Source of the DNA: an uncultured Candidatus Rokubacteria bacterium
Lineage (GTDB): Bacteria; Methylomirabilota; Methylomirabilia; Rokubacteriales; CSP1-6
Reading direction: 5' to 3'
DNA: 64,000 nucleotides
Assembly (NCBI GenBank): GCA_963754315.1
Contig: CAVWFS010000013.1
Coordinates: forward strand, 128,001-192,000
Under the pieces are notes generated by a model that had not been told where the DNA came from, did no database searches, and saw only the letters and a list, made by a program, of their open reading frames with translations. The translations under genes and the position numbers were made by a program. Below, piece by piece: positions 1-10,203 of the stretch (position 1 is its first letter; every line of letters begins with the position of its first letter).

Positions 1-552
1 AGTTCGGTGGCTGGCCCCGGCTCCAAGGTCAAGCTGCCACCGTTTTCACGAAAGGTCGACTGGGAAGTTGAGCTGGCGGCGGTGATCGGCAAGACCGCTC
101 GGGACGTGCAGGCGGAGGATGCGCTCGAGTGCGTGGCGGGCTACACCATCGCCAACGATCTCTCGGCACGCGACGTCATGGCGCGGGAGAAGATCCCCCT
201 CGCCTCACCGTTTCACTTCGACTGGCTCAGCCAGAAGTGCTTCGACGGCTCCTGCCCGCTCGGTCCCTGGATGGTGCCGGCCAGCGACATCCCCGACCCG
301 CAGAACCTCGCCTTGAAGCTGTGGGTGAACGACGTGCTGATGCAGGACTCCCACACGAGCCGGATGATCTTCACCACCGCCGAGCAGATCGCCATGCTGT
401 CCTCGCGCGTGACTCTGCAGCCGGGCGACCTCGTCCTGACCGGCACCCCGGCCGGCGTGGGAATGGGTCGGCAGCAATTCCTGAAGGCCGGCGACACCGT
501 GCGGCTGTGGATCGAGGGCATCGGCGAGCTGACACACACAATGGTCGAGTGA
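1..552 (+). CDS. Fumarylacetoacetate hydrolase family protein (5' truncated by window edge)
   Basis: Motifs VDWEVELAAVIGK, GYTIANDLSARD, KCFDGSCPLGP, LQPGDLVLTGTPAGVG. Confidence 0.92.
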   Translation, partial: SSVAGPGSKVKLPPFSRKVDWEVELAAVIGKTARDVQAEDALECVAGYTIANDLSARDVMAREKIPLASPFHFDWLSQKCFDGSCPLGPWMVPASDIPDPQNLALKLWVNDVLMQDSHTSRMIFTTAEQIAMLSSRVTLQPGDLVLTGTPAGVGMGRQQFLKAGDTVRLWIEGIGELTHTMVE

Positions 553-603
553 TGAGGGAGACGGCGAGAGGAAGGCGTGGCCGCGAGAGGCCGCGCGCAG
601 CCT

Positions 604-632
604 TTGACAGGAACGGCGCTCGGCGGTAGGGT
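604..632 (+). promoter_or_regulatory. Putative sigma70 promoter
   Basis: TTGACA-17 nt-TAGGGT upstream of the CDS at 802. Confidence 0.45.
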
Positions 633-801
633 TGCCGACGACACGATTGGTGAGCGGGGACCGGATGATCTGGTCGAGAGACGCCCCGCCCGCGACGTGA
701 CATTCCTGCCCGTTCCGTCCGCTCCTGGAAAGGAGGAAGGTTAGACGGCGCCCGCCCTCGAATCATCGTCGGCCGCTTCGATTCACCCGAGGAGGAGTGC
801 G

Positions 802-1948
802 ATGACAGCCTATAGACTCATCTCGGCCGATTCCCACATCGTCGAGCCACCGGACCTGTACACCAAGCGCCTCGAGCCCCGGTTCAGAGAGCGGGCGCCC
901 CGCATGGAGCGGATGGAGACACCCACCGGTCGCAAGTACGACGCCTGGTTCATCGACGGGCAGCAGGTGGGCACGCTCGGCGCCGTCATGCAGGCGGGCC
1001 AGCGGTTCGAGGACCCGTCCCAGATCGACTTCCTGGGTACGTGGGAAGATGTCCGCCTGGCCGCCTACGATCCGGCGGCGATGATCAAAGAGAACGAGAT
1101 GGATGGCGTCTGGGGGGCCTGCCTGCAGCCGAGCCAGGGTCTCTTCTGGTACCGCATCCCGGACGGCGCCTTGCTCTCCGCCATCTGCCGCGCCTACAAC
1201 GACTGGATCACCGACTTCTGTGCGCCCTACCCCGATCGGCTCAAGGGCATCGCCATGCTCAGCGTGGACGACGTCGAGGACGCCTGTCACGAGCTGGAGC
1301 GCTGCGCGAAGCTCGGCCTGGTGGGGGCGTTCATTCCCGTCTCGCCGCTGCCCGAGCAACCGTATCGCCACCCGATCTACGAGCGCCTGTGGTGGACCGC
1401 GCAGGACGTCGGGATCCCCCTGCTCCTGCACATCGGAACGCCTCGCGGCGGCATTCCGGGTTGCGAGTTCACCATGGACCTCACCGAGCTCAGCGCGGCG
1501 GGCCGGTCCACCACGGACTACTGGGTGCGTTACTCGCTGTCCGCGATGATCTTCGCGGGTGTCTTCGACCGATATCCTCGGCTTGAAGGTCGGCTCCGTG
1601 GAGCACGAAATGGCGTGGATCCCTCACTGGCTGAAGCAAATGGACTTCACCTATCGGGAGCGGCCCGTGTTCACGCGCGGCTGGAAATCACGGGATGGAC
1701 TCCTGCCGAGCGACTACTGGCGGCGCAACATGTTCGTGGAGTTCATGGAAGACGACCTCGGGATCCAGATGCGCGATTCGATCGGCGTCGACACCATGCT
1801 GTGGGGGAGCGACTTCCCACACGCGGAGTCGACGTGGCCGAAGTCCCGGGAGTTTCTGGAACGCATCTTTGCCGGTACGCCCGAGGCAGACCTGCGCAAG
1901 ATCACCTCGGAGAATGCCGCGCAGCTGTTCGGTTTTCCGCGGGGCTAG
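802..1948 (+). CDS. Amidohydrolase_2 family metallohydrolase (frameshift near 1583)
   Basis: SD GAGGAG; N-terminal ISADSHIVEP; C-terminal LWGSDFPHAESTWP continues in ORF 1559..1948. Confidence 0.88.
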
Positions 1949-1962
1949 CGCCAGCCCCCGGC

Positions 1963-2286
1963 ATGCTGGATGGGTTCGTGCCGGTGGCCAGGGCATCCGC
2001 GTTGTTGCCGGGCGCACTGACGTGGGTGGCCATCGATCGGGAGCGAGTCCTCATCGCGAACGTCGATGGCGCCTACTTCGCGCTCCAGGATGCCTGTGGC
2101 CACCGGCAGGCCCCACTCTCGAAGGGAACGCTGAAGGGCCACGTCCTCGAGTGCCCGCTCCACTTCGCGCAGTATGACGTGCGCACGGGTCACCTGCTGA
2201 GCGGCCCCGCCTCGGCCGATGTGCCGACGTATCCGGTACAGGTCGAAGGCGACATCGTCTATGTGAAGCGATCGTCGGCGCGGTAA
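1963..2286 (+). CDS. Rieske [2Fe-2S] ferredoxin
   Basis: DACGH...ECPLH (CxH...CxxH) in a 107-aa protein starting MLDGFVPV. Confidence 0.85.
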   Translation: MLDGFVPVARASALLPGALTWVAIDRERVLIANVDGAYFALQDACGHRQAPLSKGTLKGHVLECPLHFAQYDVRTGHLLSGPASADVPTYPVQVEGDIVYVKRSSAR

Positions 2287-2292
2287 CCCTGG

Positions 2293-2727
2293 CTACTGGC
2301 GTCCGAGAAACGCCTCGCGGAGCACGTTGGTCTCCGTTTCCAGCTCGTCGAGCCGGTGTTTGACGACGTCGCCGATGCTCACGATGCCTCGCAGGCGACC
2401 GTCTTCGACGACGGGCAGATGGCGGACACGGTGGCGTGTCATGAGGTCCATCACCTTGGTGATGGGGTCGTCCTCGTGGCAGGTCACGACGTGGCGCATC
2501 ATCACGTCGGCGACGCGCAGGTCGAGGTGCAGGGTGCCGAAGCGCGCCAACGCCTGCACGATGTCGCGCTCGGAGATCAGGCCGAGGACACTGTTGCCAT
2601 CGTTGCTGACCACGAGGGCACCGATACCCTTGTCGGTCAGCTCGTGTAGCGCCGACGCGATGCTGGCCTCTGGCCGCACGGTAACCACGGTACTGCCTTT
2701 GCCCTTGAGAATGGACGCGACCTTCAT
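2293..2727 (-). CDS. CBS domain pair protein
   Basis: SD GGAGG; MKVASILKGKG...GLISERDIV...RHLPVVEDGRLRGIVSIGDVVK. Confidence 0.92.
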   Translation of the reverse strand: MKVASILKGKGSTVVTVRPEASIASALHELTDKGIGALVVSNDGNSVLGLISERDIVQALARFGTLHLDLRVADVMMRHVVTCHEDDPITKVMDLMTRHRVRHLPVVEDGRLRGIVSIGDVVKHRLDELETETNVLREAFLGRQ

Positions 2728-2771
2728 GTCACCGACCTCCTTTCTCCCGGACGTCACGGGACTGCTCGCCC

Positions 2772-3509
2772 TCAGCCAGCCGAGGAGTCCCTCGCCCTCG
2801 ATTCTACGCCTGGCGCCACATCCAAGGTGAAGGTCGACCCGGCGGAAAATGCCGTCGTGTGGCCGTGCCGATGCAACGTCACCTGGCCCTGACCGTACAC
2901 GCGCCACCGGCGGCCAGCCGCCTCATCCAGCATCCCCGTCTCCTCGTCGATACCCACCAGCCACGCCGAGGGCAGCACCTCTTCCAGGCGCGCGACCCAG
3001 TGCCGGCCGAAGGTGCTGTAGTGGGGCAGGACACAGGCATTGGCCAGGTAGCCGAGGCCCCGGTGAACGCGCTCGTGCGATGGATCGTAATAGTGCTGGC
3101 ACAGCACCATCGCGCCGGCACTGCTCCCGGCCAGCACGGCGCCGTCTTTGTAGGCCGCGTCCATCGCGCGGGCGCTCGCACTGCCGGCGAGCGTCTGCCC
3201 GAGGTAGTGGGTAAAGCCGCCCAGCAGATAGATGAGCCGGGCCCGTTCCAGTTCGGAGGCCAGCCGCACGTCCTCGGCGCTGGCGCGATCGATCACGGGG
3301 ACGACCGCCACGTCACGCGCGTTCAGCGAGCGGAACCAGCGTTCGCCGTTCCGGCCCGCCCGCTGATGATTGTGGTCGGGCGCGGCGGCGGCCGGAATGA
3401 TGCGGATGGGCGCCTCGAGTCCGCCCGCGCGCTCGATCGCCTCCCGATCCGGGGCCGCCATCTGCCCGCCGAACTCGGCGCCGCCCGCCAAGAGCAGTGT
3501 GCCGGCCAT
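2772..3509 (-). CDS. Cyanophycinase-like / peptidase S51 (type 1 glutamine amidotransferase-like) protein
   Basis: LLLAGGAE, IYLLGG, nucleophile motif GSSAGAM, LPHY, GIDEETG. Confidence 0.85.
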   Translation of the reverse strand: MAGTLLLAGGAEFGGQMAAPDREAIERAGGLEAPIRIIPAAAAPDHNHQRAGRNGERWFRSLNARDVAVVPVIDRASAEDVRLASELERARLIYLLGGFTHYLGQTLAGSASARAMDAAYKDGAVLAGSSAGAMVLCQHYYDPSHERVHRGLGYLANACVLPHYSTFGRHWVARLEEVLPSAWLVGIDEETGMLDEAAGRRWRVYGQGQVTLHRHGHTTAFSAGSTFTLDVAPGVESRARDSSAG

Positions 3510-3622
3510 GGTTACGATGAGAGCTCCTTCGAGAGCACCGACGGGCGAGTGTCCCCGGGCGGCTCGCCGAAGTCGACCGCCGTGGTGTTGCCCCCGCTCA
3601 CGACCACACCAACCCGCTCGCC
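3458..3622. repeat. ~165-bp direct repeat, copy 1 (dehydratase 3' end plus S51 5' end)
   Basis: Nearly identical to 5246..5409. Confidence 0.93.
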
Positions 3623-3640
3623 TTTATGGGGCCGGCCTCT

Positions 3641-3763
3641 TCATCCAGCCCCCGTCTCCTCGTCGATACGCACCGGCCACGCCGAGGGCAGCAGCTCCCC
3701 CAGGCGCGCGACCCAGTGCCGGCCGAAGGCGTGGGGTCGAAGCACCACAACGTGAACGCGTCG
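3641..3763 (-). pseudogene. Decayed duplicate fragment of the peptidase S51 gene
   Basis: 3641..3730 aligns to 2923..3013, with further patchy matches to about 3021-3075 across deletions. Confidence 0.85.
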
Positions 3764-3804
3764 AGGAGCGCTGTTCTCGGGCTCCTCGACGCGTCGTCGC
3801 TCGT

Positions 3805-5112
3805 TCAGCGTCCGGCAGCGGCGGTGCCCTTCGCTTCCAGCCGTGAGAGCCGCGCGGTCAGTTCATCGAGGAGTCGGGTCTGGGCTTCGATCACCCGCTG
3901 CTGCCGTTGCAGTTCGTTGAGCAGCATGGCGGGCAGGACGTGGTAGCGCACGCCGGAAGGCTGGCCGTCCTTGTCGAGCACCACCAGTTCGGGGTAGATC
4001 TCGGCCACCTCTTCGGCGATCAGGCCGTACTCGATCGGACGCGGACCAGTGGCGGGCTCCGCTTTGTAGCGGAAGGTGACGGGGCGAAGCTTGCCCAGCC
4101 CCGCGCTGGCGTCGTCCATGTCGCGGATGTCGTCCTTCACGCGCCGCGAGGAGAGCGCGGTCCCCAGCTGTCCGTCGCTGTTCACCTCAACCGGCGTCCC
4201 CGCCGGGAGCAACGTGGTGCCGAAGATCCCGGCGATGAAGGCTCTCGTGTGGGACGGATTGGTGCCCTGGCTGCCGATGCGGATGAGTGTGTGGTATCAA
4301 GGCTGGAGCCCAGGTTGCCGATATGGATGTTGTTGCTTCCGGTCGTCACAAACGCCCCTGCGCCGATCCCGATCGCGATGTTGCTGTTGCCCGTGGTGTT
4401 GCTCTCGAGGGCGCCGTCGCCCAGGGCGGTGTTGTCCGAGCCCGTGGTGTTGCTGGCGAGGGCGCCACTCCCCGTGGCGGTGTTGTCCCCGCCCGTGGTG
4501 TTGCTGCGGAGGGCGCCGAAGCCCAGGGCGGTGTTGGTGAGCGCCCTCGGTGTTGCTGGCGAGGGCGCTGGCGCCCAGGGCGGTGTTGCTGCTGCCCGTG
4601 GTGTTGGCGGCGAGCGCGTCGACGCCCAGGGCGGTGTTGCCGCTCCCCAACTCCTCCACGTCGGTGAAGTAGCCGTAGACATCGACGACCAGATGGGTGG
4701 CGACGATGGACTGCACGGTGACCCTTCCCCCCGCCCCGAGCCCGATATCTATGGCGTTGCCCACATCCTCGCCGGCGCCGAAATTCACCGCCGCCGTCTG
4801 GGGCAAGGGTCCGCCGCTCGGCCAGGCTGCCATGTGCCCAGCCCCTTGAGGCTGGGTGACCGTGAAATTGAGCGCGGCGCCGGCCGCCGTGGTCGGGACG
4901 CCACAGTCGGCCCCGCCGGTGGTCACCCCGCCGATCTGGATGGTCCTAGGCACGTTCGCCTGGAGGGGCGTTCCCGTCACGCGCGTGTCGAGCGCCCGGC
5001 AGGGGGTGGCGAGCGGGATGAACTCCGGCCCGCTGAGGGGCTGCGCGGCAACTGAGGTGGCAAGGCTGAGCGTAAGGGCGAGCAGGACGAGCGTCACACG
5101 AATCGATGTCAT
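3805..5112 (-). CDS. Secreted fibre/adhesin-like protein with NTALG repeats and C-terminal peptidase S74 intramolecular chaperone (frameshifted)
   Basis: Signal peptide MTSIRVTLVLLALTLSLATSVAA; PCRALDTR N-domain; 17-aa NTALGxxALxxNTTG repeats; SSRRVKDDI...LRPVTFRYK...YGLIAEEV chaperone motif then coiled coil; assembled from ORFs 4297..5112, 4182..4682 and 3805..4212. Confidence 0.8.
4369..4645. repeat. 51-bp coding tandem repeat (5-6 units)
   Basis: Unit anchors at 4420, 4471, 4522, 4574 and 4625, giving spacings 51, 51, 52, 51. Confidence 0.88.
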
Positions 5113-5245
5113 CAGGGCTCCTTCCCGTTGTCAGGGGGTCCCGGCAAGGGCGCTCGCCGATGCCGGTGGCGAATCGGGACATTCTAGCGTCGAGAGCCCC
5201 AAAAACGGGACGCTTCTCGACGCGGACTGTTCCCTGTCTCATCCC

Positions 5246-5409
5246 CCATCTGCCCGCCGAACTGGCGCTGCCTGCCGAGAGCAGTGTGCCGGCCATGGTT
5301 ACGATGAGAGCTCCTTCGAGAGCACCGGCGGGCGAGTGTCCCCGGGCGGCTCGCCGAAGTCGACCGCCGTGGTGTTGCCCCCGCTCACGACCACACCAAC
5401 CCGTTCGCC
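5246..5409. repeat. ~165-bp direct repeat, copy 2
   Basis: Nearly identical to 3458..3622; the S51-like portion is degenerate here. Confidence 0.93.
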
Positions 5410-6283
5410 GGGTTGCGGCCGGTACGCCTTGGCAGAGGAGCGCGGCCAGGGGGGCCGCCGCTCCCGGCTCGGCCACGATCCGCGCCACGCTCCAGAGCGT
5501 TTCCTGCGCTTGGCGGATCGCCGGATCACTCACCAGCACGACCCGATCGACGTAGGCCTGGGCGATGGGCAGCATCAGGACTCCGACGCGGCGCGGAGCC
5601 AGCGAGTCCGCCGCGATACCGCCTGCTTCAGCATCGACGGGCTGCCCGGCCGCCAGCGCCCGCGTGAGCGTCGGGGCAGCGACGGGTTCGACACCCACGA
5701 TCCGCACGGCTCCCGCGTACCAGGCCGCGATTCCCCCGATGAGGCCGCCACCCCCAACGGCCACCAGCAAGGTATCGAGGGCAGCCGCTTGTCGCCCGAG
5801 CTCCAGACCGAGTGTCCCCTGCCCCAGCAACGTCTCGACCTGATCGTACGCGTGCACCGTCATGGCGCCCGAGCGACTCGCCCAGTCCTCGCTGGCTGCC
5901 AGCGCATCCGCGTACCGCTCGCCGCCGACGACGAGGTCCGCTCCGTACGCGCGGATCCGCTCGATCTTGGCGGGGGACGAGATCGTCGGCACGAAGACCT
6001 TCGCGCGCACGCCGAGGCGCATGGCGGCATAGGCCACCGCCACGCCGTGGTTCCCTCCGGAGGCGGCGACGACTCCGGCCGTTGGCACGGCGCGCAGCAG
6101 CAAGTTGGCGAAGGCGCCCCGAGCCTTGAACGATCCGGCGTGCTGCATCAGCTCGAGCTTCAGGAAAAGCGACGCGCGGCCAAGCCCGACGTCCGTTCCA
6201 TCCACTTCGAGGACCGGGGTCAGACGGAGGTAGGGCCTGATCACCTCATACGTCGCCTCGATACGCTGGCGGTCGACCGTCAC
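5299..6283 (-). CDS. PLP-dependent threonine/serine dehydratase family protein (frameshift near 5430)
   Basis: KLELMQHAGSFKARGA, ASGGNHG, AVGGGGLIGG; C-terminal VGVVVSGGN in ORF 5299..5529. Confidence 0.9.
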
Positions 6284-6678
6284 TTGGCGGCGACCACGGC
6301 CACACCCTGGATCTCGATCTCGATGCCGGGACGGGCGAAGTTCGACACCGTGATGAGCGCGCTGGCCGGGAATCGGCCGTCGGGGAACAAGGTCTTGCGG
6401 ATCTCGACGAAGCGGTCGCCGTGACGCGGATCCTTGATGAACACCGTCATGGTGACGAGGTCGGCCAGCCGCCCGCCGGCGCGGACGAGCACCTCATCCA
6501 TGAGGGCAAACACGCGAACCGTCTGGGCCTCGAAATCGCCGGCGATGTCGCGGCCATCTGCATCGGTGGTGGCCGTCTGCCCGGCCATCCAGACGATGCG
6601 CCCGCCGTCCGTGATGACTGCCGGGGAGTACGCGCGCGCCTTCTGACGTTCGCTCGGTTCCAGGTACGTCGTCGTCAT
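6280..6678 (-). CDS. RidA/YjgF family protein
   Basis: YSPAV, WMAGQ, PASALITV, IEIQGVAV; overlaps the dehydratase start by 4 nt. Confidence 0.9.
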   Translation of the reverse strand: MTTTYLEPSERQKARAYSPAVITDGGRIVWMAGQTATTDADGRDIAGDFEAQTVRVFALMDEVLVRAGGRLADLVTMTVFIKDPRHGDRFVEIRKTLFPDGRFPASALITVSNFARPGIEIEIQGVAVVAAK

Positions 6679-6823
6679 TTCGGCTCCTTTCGGGGCGTCG
6701 CTTCGCCTCGAGCATCTACGGACTCCGCCGGCATAGCACGAGATGCGCTAGAGTGTCGAGCGGGCGGGCAGCGCGCCCCCCGACGAGAGCACTCGCGATG
6801 GCGAAGGAGGTCCTGGGCTGACC

Positions 6824-7897
6824 ATGAAATTCGGCTGGATGACCTTGTCGCTATCGCCGTCGGCCGACGACGACCTTGCCTGCGTGCATCAGCAGCTCGA
6901 ACAGGGCGTTCTGGCCGAGGCGATGGGCTTCGATTACTTGTGGCTCACCGAACACAACTTCACCGGCGAGTGCGCTTACGCCGATCCCATCCCGTTCGCG
7001 GGCGCCCTCGCCGCGCGTACCTCCCGCGCCCGCATCGGCTTCGCCGTCATCCAGATGGCCCTCCACCATCCCGTGCGTCTGGCCATCCAGCTCGCCGTGC
7101 TCGACAACCTGAGCCACGGGCGCCTGGAAGTCGGCATCGGCCGCGGGTCGAGCTACAACGAGTACGAGTACGTTGGCTTCGGGCTGCGCAGCGACGACAG
7201 CCGGGATCGGATGGAAGAAGCCGTCGAGGTGCTCACGCGGGCCTGGACCGAGGAACCGTTCGTCTACGAGGGCAAGTTCTTTTCCGTGCGCTTGCCCGCC
7301 GTGCGACCGCGCCCGGTGCAACGGCCCCATCCGCCGCTCTGGCGCAGCGTGATCTCCCTCGAGTCGCTGGTCGACTCGGGGCGAGCCGGGCCTTCCCGTC
7401 ATGATGTCGCGGGTGCCGAACGCGCGGATCCCTGAGCGCCTGGCCCGCTATCGCGAAGGGCTGGAAGCGGGGGGTCACGACGACGCGACCCAGAGGCGTC
7501 TTCTCGGAGAGGCGTCCGTGTGGCGCTTCCTCTACGTCGCCGACAGCGAGGCGCAGGCGGAGGATGACGTCCAGCAGGCCACTCTCGCACTATCGCCAGC
7601 ACATGCATCACGTCCGTCAGGCGTACAACCCGGCTCGACTTCCAGGTGAATGCCGCCGCGACGAATCCGTGGATGGACCCTGCCGTCTCGCATCAGGACG
7701 GCGTTCGCTTCGTCCTCGAGACGGGCGCTCTCTACGGGACACCAAAGCGCGTGGCCGAGCAGATCGCGGCCCTGCGTGACCTGGGTCTCGGCCATATCAT
7801 GTGCCAGGCGAGCTGGGGTGGGCTCGCCCACGACAAGGCGGTGGCCTCCCTGCGACGATTCGGGGAGCACGTGGCTCCGTCGTTCCGCAACGCGTAG
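6824..7897 (+). CDS. LLM-class flavin-dependent oxidoreductase (several frameshifts)
   Basis: MKFG, GFDYLWLTEHNF, LDNLSHGRLEVGIGRG, PVQRPHPP; C-terminal SLRRFGEHVAP. Confidence 0.85.
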
Positions 7898-8069
7898 ACA
7901 GCCAGGATCTCAACGTGTCCGCGCAGGGCGTCGCTGCCCAGGCCGCCCCGTATCCAAGATTGGACGCTGACATCCGCCGACCGCCGTGCTCGACTTCCCT
8001 CGAGAGCGGCGTTCGGGCTGCTGGACTGCTGACGCACACGCGTACAATGGTGACGAAGGAGGCGTGACG

Positions 8070-8635
8070 ATGGCGGTCATGCTCAAGCGTTACCGGTTCA
8101 CGGTGGAGGAGTACGAGCGACTGGCCGAGGCCCAGGTGCTCACGCAGTGTGACCGGGTCGAGCTGCTCGACGGAGAGATCGTCGAGATGAGCCCCATTGG
8201 AGACCGTCACGCCAGCGTGGTCGCCCGGCTGACCCGTCTGTTCTCGAGCCAGTCTCGGGGAACGCAAGCCTGGTATGGGTCCAGAATCCGCTCAGGCTCC
8301 GGGCGGTGAGATCCATGCCGCAGCCCGACGTCGTGCTGCTACGCAGTCGAGCGGACTTTTACGCCGCCGGCAAGCCTGGACCCGACGACGTGCTGCTCCT
8401 CATCGAGGTCATGGACACATCGGCAGAGACGGACCGGCGGGTGAAGCTGCCACTCTACGCGCGGGCCGGCATCAGCGAGGTGTGGCTCCTGGATCTCACC
8501 ACCGATCGCGTCGGAGTCTTCCGGCAGCCGACCGGCGCCGGCTACCGCGAAGCCACGACGGTAGACCGGAACAATCGGCTGACGCCTCTGGCTTTCCCCG
8601 ATCTCTCGCTGACTGTCGCCGATCTCCTCGGCTGA
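8070..8635 (+). CDS. Uma2 family PD-(D/E)XK nuclease-like protein (frameshift near 8260)
   Basis: RFTVEEYERL, VELLDGEIVEMSPIG, PQPDVVLL, LLIEV, KLPLYARAGISEVWL. Confidence 0.88.
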
Positions 8636-8721
8636 CGAGACGCCGCCTCCCGCGAGGGGCACTCCTCTCCCCGTCGCGGTATCATCCCGCCAGGCAGCAC
8701 ACTGCTCAGGGAGGATCGGCC

Positions 8722-10182
8722 ATGTCGACCAACGGTCAGACCGAGGCGCGAAAGCTGCACGCTCGCTTCAAGCACCCCATCATCGACGCGGACGGACACT
8801 GGGCGGAGTACGCGCCCCTCATGCGTGAAGAGTTCCGCCGCATCGGCGGGGACACGGCGGTGGAAGCCCTGGACGCAGCCAGCCAGCGCATCCCCAACTC
8901 GCTCCGTATGTCCGTGGCCGAGCGGCGGCGCCGGCGGATCGGCCAGGAAGCGTTCTGGTTCCTGCCCACCAAGAACACCCTCGATCGGGCCACCGCCATG
9001 CTGCCGCGCCTCATGTACGAGCGCCTGGATGACCTCGGCCTCGACTTCTGCGTGGTCTATCCCACTGCCGGGCTCGGCTACTACCGTCTGCAGCCGGAGC
9101 GGCTGCGGCGAGCCCTCTGCCGCGCCTACAACGTGTTCACGGCCGAACAGTTCCGCCCCTTCGCCGACCGCATCATTCCCGCGGCCATCATCCCGATGTA
9201 CACGCCCGAGGAGGCCATCGAGGAGCTGGAGTTCGCCTCGCGGCAGCTCGGCCTGAAGGTCGTCATGATGGGCGGCCTCATGCGGCGCCCCATCCCTGCC
9301 CTCGCCGAGGAGCATCCCGAGGCCTCGAAGTTCGTGGAGTGGTACGACGTCATCGGCATCGACAGCGAGTACGATTACGATCCCGTGTGGGAGAAGTGTC
9401 GCGAGCTGCGCATCGCCCCCAGCTTCCACAACGGGGCGCGCTCGATCCTGCTTCGCAATTCGCCCTCGAACTTCTGCTACAACCATATCGGCCACTTTGC
9501 CTCCGCGGGCGAAGCCACGGCCAAGGCCCTCTTCTTCGGGGGCGTGACCCGGCGCTTTCCGGAACTGAACTTCGCGTTCCTGGAAGGCGGTGTGGGCTGG
9601 GCCTGCTCTCTCTATGCCGATCTCATCGGCCACTGGGAGAAACGAAACCGGCAAGCCCTCGAGAACACCAACCCCGACCAGCTCGATCAGGCGGGTCTGC
9701 TCGCGCTGGCGGAGAAGTATGGGCAGCCGGCAGTGGTGGAGGCCGTGCGCCGGGGCGAAGGCCTTGACGACAACGGCAACGGCACGGGCGAGGTCGAGGA
9801 CCTCGACGACTATTCCCGCTGCCGGATCACGCGCAAGGAGGACATCCGCGAGCTGTTCATTCCCCGGTTCTACTTCGGCTGCGAGGCCGACGATCCCATC
9901 AACGCGTGGGCGTTCAACCGTCGCGCCAACCCGATGGGCTCCCGCCTCAATGCGCTCTTCAGCTCGGACATCGGCCACTTCGACGTGCCCGACATGACCG
10001 AGGTCGTCCCCGAGGCCTACGAGCTGGTGGAGCACGGGCTGCTCACCGACGACGACTTCCGGGATTTCATGTTCACCAATGCCGTGCGTTTCTGGGGCGA
10101 GGTGAACCCGGACTTCTTCAAGGGCACCGTGGTCGAGAAGCAGGCGGCGGACGTGCTCGCCCGGCCCGCGGCTCGCGCATGA
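8722..10182 (+). CDS. Amidohydrolase family protein
   Basis: SD GGAGG; IIDADGH, FLEGGVGW, FSSDIGHFDV. Confidence 0.88.
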   Translation: MSTNGQTEARKLHARFKHPIIDADGHWAEYAPLMREEFRRIGGDTAVEALDAASQRIPNSLRMSVAERRRRRIGQEAFWFLPTKNTLDRATAMLPRLMYERLDDLGLDFCVVYPTAGLGYYRLQPERLRRALCRAYNVFTAEQFRPFADRIIPAAIIPMYTPEEAIEELEFASRQLGLKVVMMGGLMRRPIPALAEEHPEASKFVEWYDVIGIDSEYDYDPVWEKCRELRIAPSFHNGARSILLRNSPSNFCYNHIGHFASAGEATAKALFFGGVTRRFPELNFAFLEGGVGWACSLYADLIGHWEKRNRQALENTNPDQLDQAGLLALAEKYGQPAVVEAVRRGEGLDDNGNGTGEVEDLDDYSRCRITRKEDIRELFIPRFYFGCEADDPINAWAFNRRANPMGSRLNALFSSDIGHFDVPDMTEVVPEAYELVEHGLLTDDDFRDFMFTNAVRFWGEVNPDFFKGTVVEKQAADVLARPAARA

Positions 10183-10203
10183 GCGGCTGAGCGACAGCGG
10201 AAG

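Noticed and set aside
802..2286. 494-aa amidohydrolase-Rieske fusion ORF
   Set aside because: Caused by a frameshift near 1583; the true amidohydrolase C-terminus is in another frame ending at 1948
8070..8635. Uma2 nuclease as an anti-phage system
   Set aside because: Solitary gene with no methyltransferase or defence neighbours; the family is common as stand-alone paralogs
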